Under the pieces are notes generated by a model. The model worked only from the letters and a program-made list of their open reading frames with translations. It did no database searches and was not told the origin of the DNA. 64,000 nucleotides of DNA from an uncultured delta proteobacterium (GTDB lineage Bacteria; Myxococcota_A; Polyangia; Palsa-1104): the NCBI GenBank assembly GCA_963785725.1, contig CAWAWS010000003.1, positions 499,449 through 563,448 of the forward strand, read 5' to 3'. The stretch's first letter is position 1, and each line of letters starts with the position of its first letter. Below, in pieces: positions 9,566 through 18,489 of the stretch. Made by a program: the position numbers and the translations under genes.

Positions 9566-10761
9566 TTGGAGCTCCCATCATTGACGCGGACGAGGTCGAC
9601 CAGGAACTCGACTCGTCGATTGGCCTCGCGGCCGGCTTCGGTGTCATTGCGATCGAGCGGCTGCGACGAGCTGAAGCCCTTGAACGCCAAACGATCGGCG
9701 GCGATACCGTGCGTCGCCAGATAGTCGAGGACCGCGCGCGCTCGCTCCTCGGACAGGCTCTGATTGTGCGTCTCGGTTCCCGAAGAATCGGTGTGTCCCT
9801 CGATGCGCACCCGAAAAGACTTGTTGTCTTTGAGCGCCTGCACGACCTCGTCGAGCAGCGGGTACGATTGCGGCTCGATGGCCGCTCGGTCCCAGGAAAA
9901 GAGGATCTTCTCTTTGAGCTCGAGCTTATCCGGCTTCACCACCACCTTTCGGTAGACGGGGCAGCCGCGATTCTCGACCGGACCGGCCACGTCGGGGCAG
10001 ACGTCGGCGACATCGGCCAGACCGTCGCCGTCGCCGTCGGGACAACCCCAGGTCGCCCGCGGGCCGGGCTGATCGGGACACTTGTCGACACCATCGACGA
10101 CGCCGTCGCCGTCGCGATCGGTCACCGCCGCCGCGGCGCACAGGCTGCATTCCGCCGGCTTGGCGAGCGCGCGGCGATGCGGCGAGCCGACCTCGAGCGA
10201 GGCGCCGACGATGAAGAGGCTCGCGTCCCGGTTGTCGGCGCCGACGCGCTCGCCCTGCACGATCTGGACGTAGCGCACGAACGGTCCGAGCCACAGGCGT
10301 CGATCGTCGTCGAGCGCCGACGAGAGGCCGGCGCCGACCGAGAAGCCGAAGCGGTCGAGATCGCCCGTGCGCACGTACATCGCGTCGCCGTCCAGCCACG
10401 GCGAGTAGCCGCGCGCCAGATCGTGCGGCCGCTTGAGCCGCAATCCGGCGCCCAATCCCCACGCCGCGCCGGTATCGGTCGACGGCGCTCCGGCGCGCGC
10501 CGGCAGGCCGATATAGGTGAGGCCCGCCTGGGCGTCGAGATAGCGCCCGATTCCGATCATGCCCTTGAACGACCCGCCAAAGCCGGGCCCGAAGAGCCGC
10601 GCTTGCGGATCGCCGGCCGGCGCCGCCATGCCCGGCTCCAATTTCAGGCCCCAATCGACGGCCAGCGCTTGCGCCGGATAGGCCAGCAACGCGAGTGCGA
10701 AGAGAGACGGGCCGAAGGGCTCGCGCTTGAACGACTTGATCGCGTTGGTCATGGGCTCCAT
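9562..10761 (-). CDS. OmpA family outer-membrane protein with TSP3-type Ca-binding repeats
   Basis: Signal peptide, beta-barrel-like N-terminus, DRDGDGV.D..DKCP repeats, EGHTDS...N..LS..RA...NRRVEF. Confidence 0.92.
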   Translation of the reverse strand: MEPMTNAIKSFKREPFGPSLFALALLAYPAQALAVDWGLKLEPGMAAPAGDPQARLFGPGFGGSFKGMIGIGRYLDAQAGLTYIGLPARAGAPSTDTGAAWGLGAGLRLKRPHDLARGYSPWLDGDAMYVRTGDLDRFGFSVGAGLSSALDDDRRLWLGPFVRYVQIVQGERVGADNRDASLFIVGASLEVGSPHRRALAKPAECSLCAAAAVTDRDGDGVVDGVDKCPDQPGPRATWGCPDGDGDGLADVADVCPDVAGPVENRGCPVYRKVVVKPDKLELKEKILFSWDRAAIEPQSYPLLDEVVQALKDNKSFRVRIEGHTDSSGTETHNQSLSEERARAVLDYLATHGIAADRLAFKGFSSSQPLDRNDTEAGREANRRVEFLVDLVRVNDGSSN

Positions 10762-10814
10762 TCGGACATCGAGAGCTGCCGCGTGTGTCGAGCTAGGTTT
10801 CGCGGCGCGCCTGG

Positions 10815-11084
10815 TTATTGATCATTGGCCGGCTTGTCGCCCGGCTTGGTCTGCGGCGGCAGCGGCTTGCCTTCGTCGATCGCCTTGACGGTGGCTTTGT
10901 GGTGCGCGTCTTCCGCTTTGCGCTCCTCGCTGCCGGCAATTCCGTACTGACCATTGGAAGCCGCCGTATCCGAGTTCTGCTGATGAGCGAGCGCGCGCTG
11001 CTGCTCCTGCCGCGAGGTCGCACAGCCCGCCGCGCAGGCGCCGGCAAGCAAGGCCAAAGCGAATGCGCAGATCGTCTTGTTCAT
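10815..11084 (-). CDS. Small lipoprotein, unknown function
   Basis: GGAGG RBS; MNKTICAFALALLAGAC signal with Cys; helical mature part. Confidence 0.75.
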   Translation of the reverse strand: MNKTICAFALALLAGACAAGCATSRQEQQRALAHQQNSDTAASNGQYGIAGSEERKAEDAHHKATVKAIDEGKPLPPQTKPGDKPANDQ

Positions 11085-11107
11085 GAGGTCCTCCGCGCCG
11101 CCCACTT

Positions 11108-11199
11108 TGCACGCGTCGAGCCAGTGCTCGACCCGGTCGCGGCGCCAGCCCGGGTCGACGAATGTGGGGCGAATAGGGGCACCGTGGCGTTATGCCCGT
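11108..11199 (-). promoter_or_regulatory. Sigma54 promoter (11108-11123) with 36-bp upstream element (11164-11199)
   Basis: TGGCTC-GACGC-GTGCA; upstream element is 28/36 identical to 13793-13828 at the same spacing. Confidence 0.7.
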
Positions 11200-11254
11200 G
11201 GGGCCGCGCGCTTTCGCCGGTCAATGGGTGACGGTTGCGCGACCGCGCCGTCTC

Positions 11255-12073
11255 TTAGTGCGTCGTGAAGGCGACCATTGCGGGCGCGGCGCCGCTGACG
11301 AGACTGTCGTCGTCGTTGTGCAGCTCCAGCGTCACCGTATGGTCGCCGGCGGCCGTCGGACAGAGGCCGAAGAGCGCGTTGATCGGGCTCGCCGATCCGG
11401 TCGCGTTGTAGTCGCTGCCCGTCGCGTTGCAGGCCGTGCCGTCGATGAGCAGGTTCACGTGGCCGCAGCCGCTGCCGCAGCCCGCGGTGCCGGGCGCCGC
11501 GAGCGTGAAGTTCTCGGTCGCAAACTCGACGGCGACGCTCTTGTTGACGTCGACGCCCAGCGCCTCGTCGGCGCCCGCCGACGGCGACGTGATGGAGATC
11601 GAAGCGGCGCCGTCGTTTCCGGTGACGGTCTTGATCGTGACCGACGCGGCGACGGTCTTGCCGGCCGCATTGAGCAGCGGCGAGTGATCGTTGTTGTGCA
11701 GCTCGACGGTCAGCACGTGACTTCCGGTGGCCGTGGCACAGGACGAGAAGAGCGCGTTGATCGGGCTGGCGGCGCCTTCGTTGTTATAGGCGAACGGCAG
11801 GCTGTTGCAGGCGGTTCCGTCGATCAACAGCTCGACGTGGCCGCAGCCGACGCCGCAGCCGAGCGACTCCGCCGGCATGAGCAGGAAGTTCGTGGTGGTG
11901 AAGGTGACGGGGAGCTTGAGCTGATCGTCGGTCCCCAGCGTCGACGTGCCGCTACTGGACGGCGTGACGATGGCGATCGCAGGCGCCACGCTCTTGGCGC
12001 TCGAGCCGCCGCAGCCAATGGTCATGAAGACGCAGCTCGAAATCGTAAGCAGACCGATTGTCCTAAGCTTCAT
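11255..12073 (-). CDS. Lipoprotein with two tandem Cys/His-rich beta-sandwich-like repeats
   Basis: Lipobox TIGC; duplicated GCGxGCGHVxLLIDGTACN...SPINALF..C....GxHxxTxELHNxD. Confidence 0.8.
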   Translation of the reverse strand: MKLRTIGLLTISSCVFMTIGCGGSSAKSVAPAIAIVTPSSSGTSTLGTDDQLKLPVTFTTTNFLLMPAESLGCGVGCGHVELLIDGTACNSLPFAYNNEGAASPINALFSSCATATGSHVLTVELHNNDHSPLLNAAGKTVAASVTIKTVTGNDGAASISITSPSAGADEALGVDVNKSVAVEFATENFTLAAPGTAGCGSGCGHVNLLIDGTACNATGSDYNATGSASPINALFGLCPTAAGDHTVTLELHNDDDSLVSGAAPAMVAFTTH

Positions 12074-12176
12074 TCGGTGTTCCTCGTGGCGCTCTCGAGT
12101 CGAGACGCCGGTTGCAGCCGTTAAGTGAAGGTCCTATGCGTAGCCGTAATCTTCGGATCGCTTGGTGCCGTGGTCG

Positions 12177-13085
12177 CTACTTGCCGGCCGGCTGAACGAT
12201 GATCTCGACGCGGCGATTGTTGGCGCGACCATCGGCGCTGTCGTTCGAAGTGATGGGGCGCGCCTTGCCTATGCCGTGCGCCGCAATCCGATCGGGCTCG
12301 TAGCCGCGGGTGACGAGATAGCTGCGCACCGAATCGGCGCGGCGCTGCGACAGGTCGAGGTTGTGGCTCTCGGAGCCGCGCGAGTCGGTGTGTCCCTCGA
12401 CGACGATGTTGCGCTCCTTGGTCGCCAAGAGCGCGTCGGCCACCTGGCCGAGCCGCGTCTGGGCCTCGGGCAGCAGCATCGACTGATCCGACGGGAACAA
12501 GACGCTGCCGCTCAGCGTGATGACCATGCCGCGATCTTCCTCTTTGACGGCCGCCAGCTTGGCCAGCGCATCCTGGGCCGCCTTGGCGCGCGCGTCGGCG
12601 TCGGCCGCGCGCTGCTCGGAGTCGAGCCGCGCTTGCCGCTCGCTGCCGAGCGCCTGCCGATCGGTCGCGTCGTTGCGCTGCGACTCGGCCAGCTGCTCGC
12701 GGGTCTGGGTCAGCTCGGTCGCCGTACGCTTGGCGATCACGTGCTCCGAGCGACCAATCGACTGATCGGCGGCGCTCTTGTCGCTCTTGGCCAGCGCGAT
12801 GCCTGCCAGCGCCTCGGCAAGCTGCGACTTGCGCTGAGCGACGTAAGCGAGGTCGCGCGTCTCGGTCGACTCGGGATCTTTCGACCAAGCCTCGTCTGCC
12901 TTGACGAGCGCCTCTTTCGCCGTGTGCAGCTCGGCCGGGCAGAGATCCGACGCGCGGCTGCGGCTGGCATGCTGATACGCCACGCGCGCGTCGGCGAGCT
13001 CGGGCGGAATGACCGTGGCGCAACCGCCGGCGGACAGGAGACCAAATGCGATCGCCCCAGGTAGGGATCGAGCCAAACGGTGCAT
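12177..13085 (-). CDS. DUF4398-OmpA lipoprotein
   Basis: Lipobox AGGC, coiled-coil region, RGMVITLSGSVLF...EGHTDS...NRRVEI. Confidence 0.9.
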   Translation of the reverse strand: MHRLARSLPGAIAFGLLSAGGCATVIPPELADARVAYQHASRSRASDLCPAELHTAKEALVKADEAWSKDPESTETRDLAYVAQRKSQLAEALAGIALAKSDKSAADQSIGRSEHVIAKRTATELTQTREQLAESQRNDATDRQALGSERQARLDSEQRAADADARAKAAQDALAKLAAVKEEDRGMVITLSGSVLFPSDQSMLLPEAQTRLGQVADALLATKERNIVVEGHTDSRGSESHNLDLSQRRADSVRSYLVTRGYEPDRIAAHGIGKARPITSNDSADGRANNRRVEIIVQPAGK

Positions 13086-13112
13086 GAATACTCCTTGAGA
13101 AGCGTGCGTTCG

Positions 13113-13466
13113 TTAATGATTGGTCTGCTGTTGCAGCGAGCGCGCCTTATCGGCTTCCTGCTGCGCCTCGATCTGCATGGGCGCTTCGCGAGCCAACGCC
13201 AACGCCAGCTCGGCGTCGGCCTGGGCGCGCATCAGCTGCCCTTCGGCGTGCTTCGCGTCGCCGTCCTTGATGAGCTGCTGCGCGCGCCCGTTCTCTTCCT
13301 TGGCCAGCTGCAGGTGGAGCGACGCTTGCGGAACCTTGGGCGCGCCCAGCTCCTCGGCCGCGCGAATGGACGAGTCGGTGGCGGCGACCTTTTCGGTGGA
13401 GACGCCGGCGGCGCAGCCGGTCGTGAACAAGAAGCCAATACCGAGAAATACGTAAAGATGTCTCAT
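13113..13466 (-). CDS. DUF4398 family lipoprotein
   Basis: TTGC lipobox; SIRAAEELGA..VPQASLHLQLAKE...RAQADAELA; usual position upstream of OmpA. Confidence 0.85.
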   Translation of the reverse strand: MRHLYVFLGIGFLFTTGCAAGVSTEKVAATDSSIRAAEELGAPKVPQASLHLQLAKEENGRAQQLIKDGDAKHAEGQLMRAQADAELALALAREAPMQIEAQQEADKARSLQQQTNH

Positions 13467-13487
13467 CAGATGATTCCTCTGCTGACG

Positions 13488-13643
13488 TTAGAGAATGCGG
13501 CGTCCCTGAATCACGCGGATGATGAGGACGATGACCGCGATGACGATGAGGAGGTGAACGAACGGGCCCAGGGTCACGTGGTACGGACCCCAGAAGCCGA
13601 ACGCCCACATGAGGACGAGCAATACAATGATGGTCTCGAGCAT
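13488..13643 (-). CDS. lmo0937-family small membrane protein
   Basis: 51 aa MLETIIVLLVLMWAFG...LG.FVHLLIVIAVIV.IIR.IQGRR; AAGGAG RBS. Confidence 0.85.
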   Translation of the reverse strand: MLETIIVLLVLMWAFGFWGPYHVTLGPFVHLLIVIAVIVLIIRVIQGRRIL

Positions 13644-13736
13644 CGGGTTCTCCTTTGGAGCTGTTGAGCGGCACTCGACCTTTGCGTTCCATCGGAGCGC
13701 TTTTGGCGGCTGCGCCAGTCGGCGGTCGGTTGACTT

Positions 13737-13828
13737 TGCACGTCGCGATCCAGTCGCGACGGGCGAGGCTGCGCCGTGGTTGGCCGCTGACGGTGGGGCA
13801 AAAAGGGATGGCGTCGCGTTCTGCCCGT
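13737..13828 (-). promoter_or_regulatory. Sigma54 promoter (13737-13752) with 36-bp upstream element (13793-13828)
   Basis: TGGATC-GCGAC-GTGCA; same architecture as 11108-11199. Confidence 0.7.
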
Positions 13829-13845
13829 AGCTACTCTGAGCCACG

Positions 13846-15219
13846 ATGGAACGCCGGATCCTGGTCGTCGACGACGATGCCGAGGTGCGCCAGCTGATCG
13901 ACGCGGCCCTGCGCGACGTCGGGTTCGAGGTCAGCTTGGCCGGCTCGGGCGAAGAGGCGCTGGCGCTCATCGCCGCCGGCGACTACGACGTGGTGGTCAC
14001 CGACCTGCAGATGCCGGGCATGAACGGGCTGCAAGTCTGCGAGCGGATCGTGCAAATCCGCCCCGACGTCCCGGTCGTCATTCTCACGGCGCGAGGAACG
14101 CTCGACGCGGCGGTGGGCGCCATCCGCGCCGGCGCCTATGATTTCGTGACCCATCCGCTGGCACTGCAGCCGTTCCAGCTGCTGATCGAGCGCGCGGCCC
14201 GCCATCGCGAGCTGACCGTCGAGGTCAAGCGCCTGCGCGAAATGGCGGCGCCGCAGCCGTTCGCCGGCATCGTGGGATCGAGCCAGGCGATGCGCATCGT
14301 CTTCGATATGGTCGCGCGCGTGGCCTCCACCGACTCGACGGTGCTGATCACGGGCGAGACCGGCAGTGGCAAGGAGCTGATCGCGCGCGCCGTTCACCAG
14401 CGCAGCCGGCGCGCCGCCGGACCGTTCGTGGCCATCAACTGCGCGGCGATGCCCGAGGCGCTGCTCGAGAGCGAGCTGTTCGGCCATGCCAGGGGCGCGT
14501 TCACCGACGCCAAGGTGGCGCGCTCGGGCTTACTGCTGCAGGCCAGCGGCGGCACGCTCCTGCTCGACGAGATCGGCGAGATGCCGCTGACGGTGCAAGC
14601 CAAGCTGCTGCGCGTGCTGCAGGAGCGGACGGTGCGGCCCGTCGGTGGCGACCGCGAGCTGCCGCTCGATCTGCGCATCGTGGCCGCCACCAACCGCGAT
14701 CTCGAGAAAGCCGTCGAAGAGGGACGTTTTCGCGAGGATCTCTTCTATCGCATCCACGTCGTGCGCATCGCGGTGCCACCGCTCAAGGCGCGCGCGGCCG
14801 ACGTGCTCGAGCTGGCCCAGCAGGCGCTGGAACGATTCGCGCGCTTGGCCGGCAAGCAGGTGACCTCGCTCTCGAGCGCAGCGGCCGAGCGGCTGCTCTC
14901 CTACGATTGGCCGGGCAACGTGCGCGAGCTGCACAACGCGATCGAGCGCGCCGTGGCGCTCAGCCGCTACGCGGAGCTGACGGTCGAGGACTTGCCGCAG
15001 AACGTGCGCGAGCTGCGCGGCTCGCAGATCCTCGTCGCCGACGACGCGGCACACCTGCCGTCGATGGAGGAGGTCGAGCGCCGCTACGTGCTGCGCGTGC
15101 TCGATGCGGTCCACGGCAACAAAGCGCTGGCCGCGCGCGTGCTCGGTTTCGATCGCAAGACGCTGTACCGCAAGATGGAACGCTTCGGCGTTGCCCCGCC
15201 CTCCTCGCCGGACAAGTAA
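13846..15219 (+). CDS. Sigma54-dependent response regulator (NtrC/AtoC family)
   Basis: REC, GETGSGKE, ESELFGH..GAFTDA, LDEIGE, WPGNVREL, Fis-type HTH. Confidence 0.96.
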   Translation: MERRILVVDDDAEVRQLIDAALRDVGFEVSLAGSGEEALALIAAGDYDVVVTDLQMPGMNGLQVCERIVQIRPDVPVVILTARGTLDAAVGAIRAGAYDFVTHPLALQPFQLLIERAARHRELTVEVKRLREMAAPQPFAGIVGSSQAMRIVFDMVARVASTDSTVLITGETGSGKELIARAVHQRSRRAAGPFVAINCAAMPEALLESELFGHARGAFTDAKVARSGLLLQASGGTLLLDEIGEMPLTVQAKLLRVLQERTVRPVGGDRELPLDLRIVAATNRDLEKAVEEGRFREDLFYRIHVVRIAVPPLKARAADVLELAQQALERFARLAGKQVTSLSSAAAERLLSYDWPGNVRELHNAIERAVALSRYAELTVEDLPQNVRELRGSQILVADDAAHLPSMEEVERRYVLRVLDAVHGNKALAARVLGFDRKTLYRKMERFGVAPPSSPDK

Positions 15220-15288
15220 CAAGTAGCCCCGCGGCGACAGCAATCGGCGCCGGCTTCTTGGGCCGGTTCGCGCTATCTTCGCCGCTGC

Positions 15289-16389
15289 ATGGTCGAAGAC
15301 GAGAAGCATAAGCAGGCCGAACGCGAAGAGACCGACGAGAGTCTGCGGACCGAGCGGCTCAACACGGACGCCAAGCTTTCGTCCAAGAACGATTCCATCG
15401 AAGCAAAGGCCGACGACGTCGTCGCGACGGCGCGCGAGAAGGCCGATTCGGTGTTGAGCGACGCGCGCGAGCGGGAGGACCGCAAGCTGGCGGCCGGCCT
15501 GGCGCCCGCGCAACCGGCCGAGCTCCTCGGGGACGAACGCGCCGACGAGGATGCCGCCGTCGCCGCCGAGCGTGATGGCGCCGATGCCGTGCTCGAAAGA
15601 GAGCGCGCGCGCAAAGAGCTGACGCGCGCCAGCCTTCTGGCGATCGAGAGGCAGGAAACCGACCTGCGGCTGGAGATCGAGCGCACGCGCGCCGACGAGG
15701 CGTTGACCTCGCGAGAGGACTTCCTGGCGATGGTGAGCCACGATCTGCGGTCGCTCTTGAGCGGCATCACGATGAATGCAGGCATGCTGAAGAAGCTCGT
15801 TACGCCGGAAGATTCGGAAGGCAAAGCGGCGCGACATACCGAGAGCATCGAACGGTTCAGCGGCCGCATGAACCGGCTGATCGGCGATCTGATCGACGTC
15901 GCCAGTCTCGAGGCGGGGCAGTTGGCGATCGTTCCTCGACGAAACGATGCCACGGCCGTGGTCCGCGAGTCGATCGAAGGCCTGCAGCTCGCCGCCGCCG
16001 CGCGTGGCGTCGCGCTGACCTGCGACAGCGGCGCCGACGCCATTTTTGCCAAGCTCGATCACGAGCGGATTCTGCAGGTGCTCGCCAATCTGATCGGCAA
16101 TGCCATCAAGTTTACCGCCAAAGGTGGACGGGTCTCGGTTCGCGTCGAGCGGCGCGAGAATGACGTTCGTTTTGCGGTGCAAGATAGCGGCGAAGGGATT
16201 GCCGCCGACAAGCTGGAGCAGGTTTTCGAGCGCTTCTTCCAGGCGCGGCGAAATGATCGGCGCGGATTGGGGCTCGGGCTTTACATCTCCAAGTCCATCG
16301 TCGACGCCCATGGTGGAAAGATCTGGGCCGAGAGCGCGCCGGGGAGAGGCAGCACCTTCGTCTTCACTCTGCCGATAACCGGTCGCTGA
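15289..16389 (+). CDS. Cytoplasmic histidine kinase with coiled-coil N-terminus
   Basis: VSHDLRS, NLIGNAIKF, DSGEGI, GLGLGL; no TM or PAS segment visible. Confidence 0.9.
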   Translation: MVEDEKHKQAEREETDESLRTERLNTDAKLSSKNDSIEAKADDVVATAREKADSVLSDAREREDRKLAAGLAPAQPAELLGDERADEDAAVAAERDGADAVLERERARKELTRASLLAIERQETDLRLEIERTRADEALTSREDFLAMVSHDLRSLLSGITMNAGMLKKLVTPEDSEGKAARHTESIERFSGRMNRLIGDLIDVASLEAGQLAIVPRRNDATAVVRESIEGLQLAAAARGVALTCDSGADAIFAKLDHERILQVLANLIGNAIKFTAKGGRVSVRVERRENDVRFAVQDSGEGIAADKLEQVFERFFQARRNDRRGLGLGLYISKSIVDAHGGKIWAESAPGRGSTFVFTLPITGR

Positions 16390-16429
16390 CGAGCAACAGC
16401 GCTGGCGCTGCTGTTCGCGCCCGTCGCTC

Positions 16430-16792
16430 TCAACAGCGCGGACGATGAAGGTGGCCCCGAATCGTCTTCTCGATTTGGCCCATCGCGCAGCCCTTGCGGA
16501 GCACGGCGTCCGCCGCTTCGCGCGCGAGCCGTGTGTCCTCGTCGCTGCTGGCGGTGAGTAGAATCCGGTAGACCCGCGGATGGCGCTCAGCCACGGTGCG
16601 CAGCAGCTCTCCGCCGGTGAGCGGCTCCATGCCGAAATCGCTGACGAGCACGTCGGGGACGACCCGGTCCATCAACGTGAGCGCCTCGTCCATCCCGGCG
16701 GCGAGGTGGACGGCGTGACCGTGAAACGCCAGCCAGTCGCCGAGAGACTGTCGAAAGTCGTCGTCGTCGTCCACCACCAAGACGCTCGCCAT
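16430..16792 (-). CDS. Single-domain response regulator
   Basis: GGAGG RBS; VLVVDDD...VSDFGM...LLTA...LRK. Confidence 0.85.
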   Translation of the reverse strand: MASVLVVDDDDDFRQSLGDWLAFHGHAVHLAAGMDEALTLMDRVVPDVLVSDFGMEPLTGGELLRTVAERHPRVYRILLTASSDEDTRLAREAADAVLRKGCAMGQIEKTIRGHLHRPRC

Positions 16793-16813
16793 GAATCCTC
16801 CGCGGCAAGCCAA

Positions 16814-17009
16814 TGCAAGCGATGGCCCACTGCGCGCAGTGTATTGGCGGGCGCGCAGAGCACCGCGGTGCCCCATTTTGCGCCACCGGGGACGAATGCC
16901 ACGTGCGCGATGGCTCGCCCGCGCAAGCGGGTCGCTGCGAAGCTGCGCCGGCGGCGGCGGCGCCTTCCCGCCGGCGCTGGTCGAGCTTGGTGTTGGCATT
17001 GGCTTTGCG
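16814..17009. promoter_or_regulatory. Divergent sigma54 promoters sharing an upstream element
   Basis: Minus TGGGCC-ATCGC-TTGCA (16814-16829); plus TGGCAT-TGGCT-TTGCG (16994-17009); 16851-16886 matches the reverse complement of 11164-11199 at 26/36. Confidence 0.65.
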
Positions 17010-17099
17010 TGACCGCCTCGGAGCCAACGAGAACGCTCGGAGCGATAGTGCCTCGAGCATCGCCGATGTGACCGCAGTCGATCGAAGGGAATCCCGGAA

Positions 17100-17369
17100 A
17101 TGACGAGAGCTCGTATTCACGCAATTGCTTTGGGTGTCGCGTTGTCACTGCTCGCGCTGGGCGGCGGCGTTGCGTGGGCCGATCGTGTGGTCATCGAGCC
17201 GCCGGTCTTCGTTCCCGAGGCGGAGTTCCATCACGAGAACGGCTACTACCGGACTCACGAGGGCCACTATTATCATTACGATAGCGACCGCAATGGTTGG
17301 CACTACGGGAGAAATCACGACGAAGGCGTTCGCTTCGAACGTGAGCGCGAGAGCCACCGTCACCGCTAA
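17100..17369 (+). CDS. Small secreted His/Tyr-rich protein
   Basis: Signal peptide ending AWA; directly downstream of a consensus sigma54 box. Confidence 0.7.
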   Translation: MTRARIHAIALGVALSLLALGGGVAWADRVVIEPPVFVPEAEFHHENGYYRTHEGHYYHYDSDRNGWHYGRNHDEGVRFERERESHRHR

Positions 17370-17426
17370 CGAGATTACGCCGCGCTCCCGCCTTCCAATC
17401 GTTGCGGCCGATGTATCCTGATCGCT

Positions 17427-18320
17427 GTGAGCAATCCGCAAGTCTCCGAACGCTCGTCTGCAGGCGGGCTCGCAGCGCTGGTGCGGCGCGTGGTGCGCGG
17501 GCTGTTCGTGCATCACGCGTTCGATCACGCGGCCACCATGGCGTTCTATTTCTTCTTGGGCACCATTCCGCTCATGATGCTCGCGGGGCTGATTGTCGGG
17601 CGCGTGTTGGCCGGCGCCGGCGCGGAGAACCTGCTGACACCGCTTTATCGTGTGCTGCCGGAGGTGGCGCGCGAGCTGGTTCGCAACGAGGTCAGAGACA
17701 TCGCCGCGGCCAACGGCGTGTCGATCGCGCCGCTCAGCTTGCTCGGTTTCATGTGGCTCACCTCCAACGGCTTTCACAACCTGATGGACGTCTTCGAGCT
17801 GCTCATCGGCGCCGAGCCGCGCGCGTGGTGGCGACAGCGCGTGATCGCGATGGCGTGGGTCGCGGCCATGCTCGCCACCGCCCTTTTCAGCGTCGCCGGG
17901 CTCGCCGCGCTCCTCGGCTGGACCGCCGGCATTCACGATGCCGCGCAGGTGCCGCTGTTGCTGCGGCGCGTGCGTCTGGGGCCGTCGTGGCAAGCGGCGA
18001 TGGTGCTGTTGGCGTTCGCGAGCGTCATGGTGCTCGGCGTCGCCGCGTTCTACCGCATCGCCGTCGAGCACGACTCCCGAGTTCGCCGGCGCGTGTGGCC
18101 CGGCACGATCATCGCCATGGCGCTCTGGATCGGCGTGTCTTGGATCTTCAGCGCCTACGTGCACGTGATCGGCCACTACGCGATCTTCTACGGCGGCCTC
18201 GCCACGGTCGCGGTGACGCTGCTTTGGTTCTATCTTTCGAGCCTCGCATTCGTGATCGGCGCGGAGGTCAACGCGCAGCTCGAAGGCGTCGGCACCGCGC
18301 GCCCTTCACCGGCGGCGTAA
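17427..18320 (+). CDS. YihY/BrkB family membrane protein
   Basis: AATMAFYFFL..IP, about 6 TM segments, WPG, Y...YG.L, GAEVNA. Confidence 0.92.
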   Translation: MSNPQVSERSSAGGLAALVRRVVRGLFVHHAFDHAATMAFYFFLGTIPLMMLAGLIVGRVLAGAGAENLLTPLYRVLPEVARELVRNEVRDIAAANGVSIAPLSLLGFMWLTSNGFHNLMDVFELLIGAEPRAWWRQRVIAMAWVAAMLATALFSVAGLAALLGWTAGIHDAAQVPLLLRRVRLGPSWQAAMVLLAFASVMVLGVAAFYRIAVEHDSRVRRRVWPGTIIAMALWIGVSWIFSAYVHVIGHYAIFYGGLATVAVTLLWFYLSSLAFVIGAEVNAQLEGVGTARPSPAA

Positions 18321-18489
18321 TCTTCGCGCTCCGGGTTGCGCCGGCCACCCTCGGTCGCTGAACGCCGAGGCTTCGGCCGGCTCGGGCTCCGCGGCGCAGC
18401 GTCAGTCGGCGTCTCCGCCGATTGACTCCGACCGAGAGCGACCTACGTCACCGGACGCGTGCGCATCGCGCGCCAAGGGGAGGCGGGTC

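Noticed and set aside
14490..14515. GAFTDA instead of GAFTGA as a sign of a sigma54-independent activator
   Set aside because: The key F and T are kept and this variant is common; nearby sigma54 boxes argue for normal function
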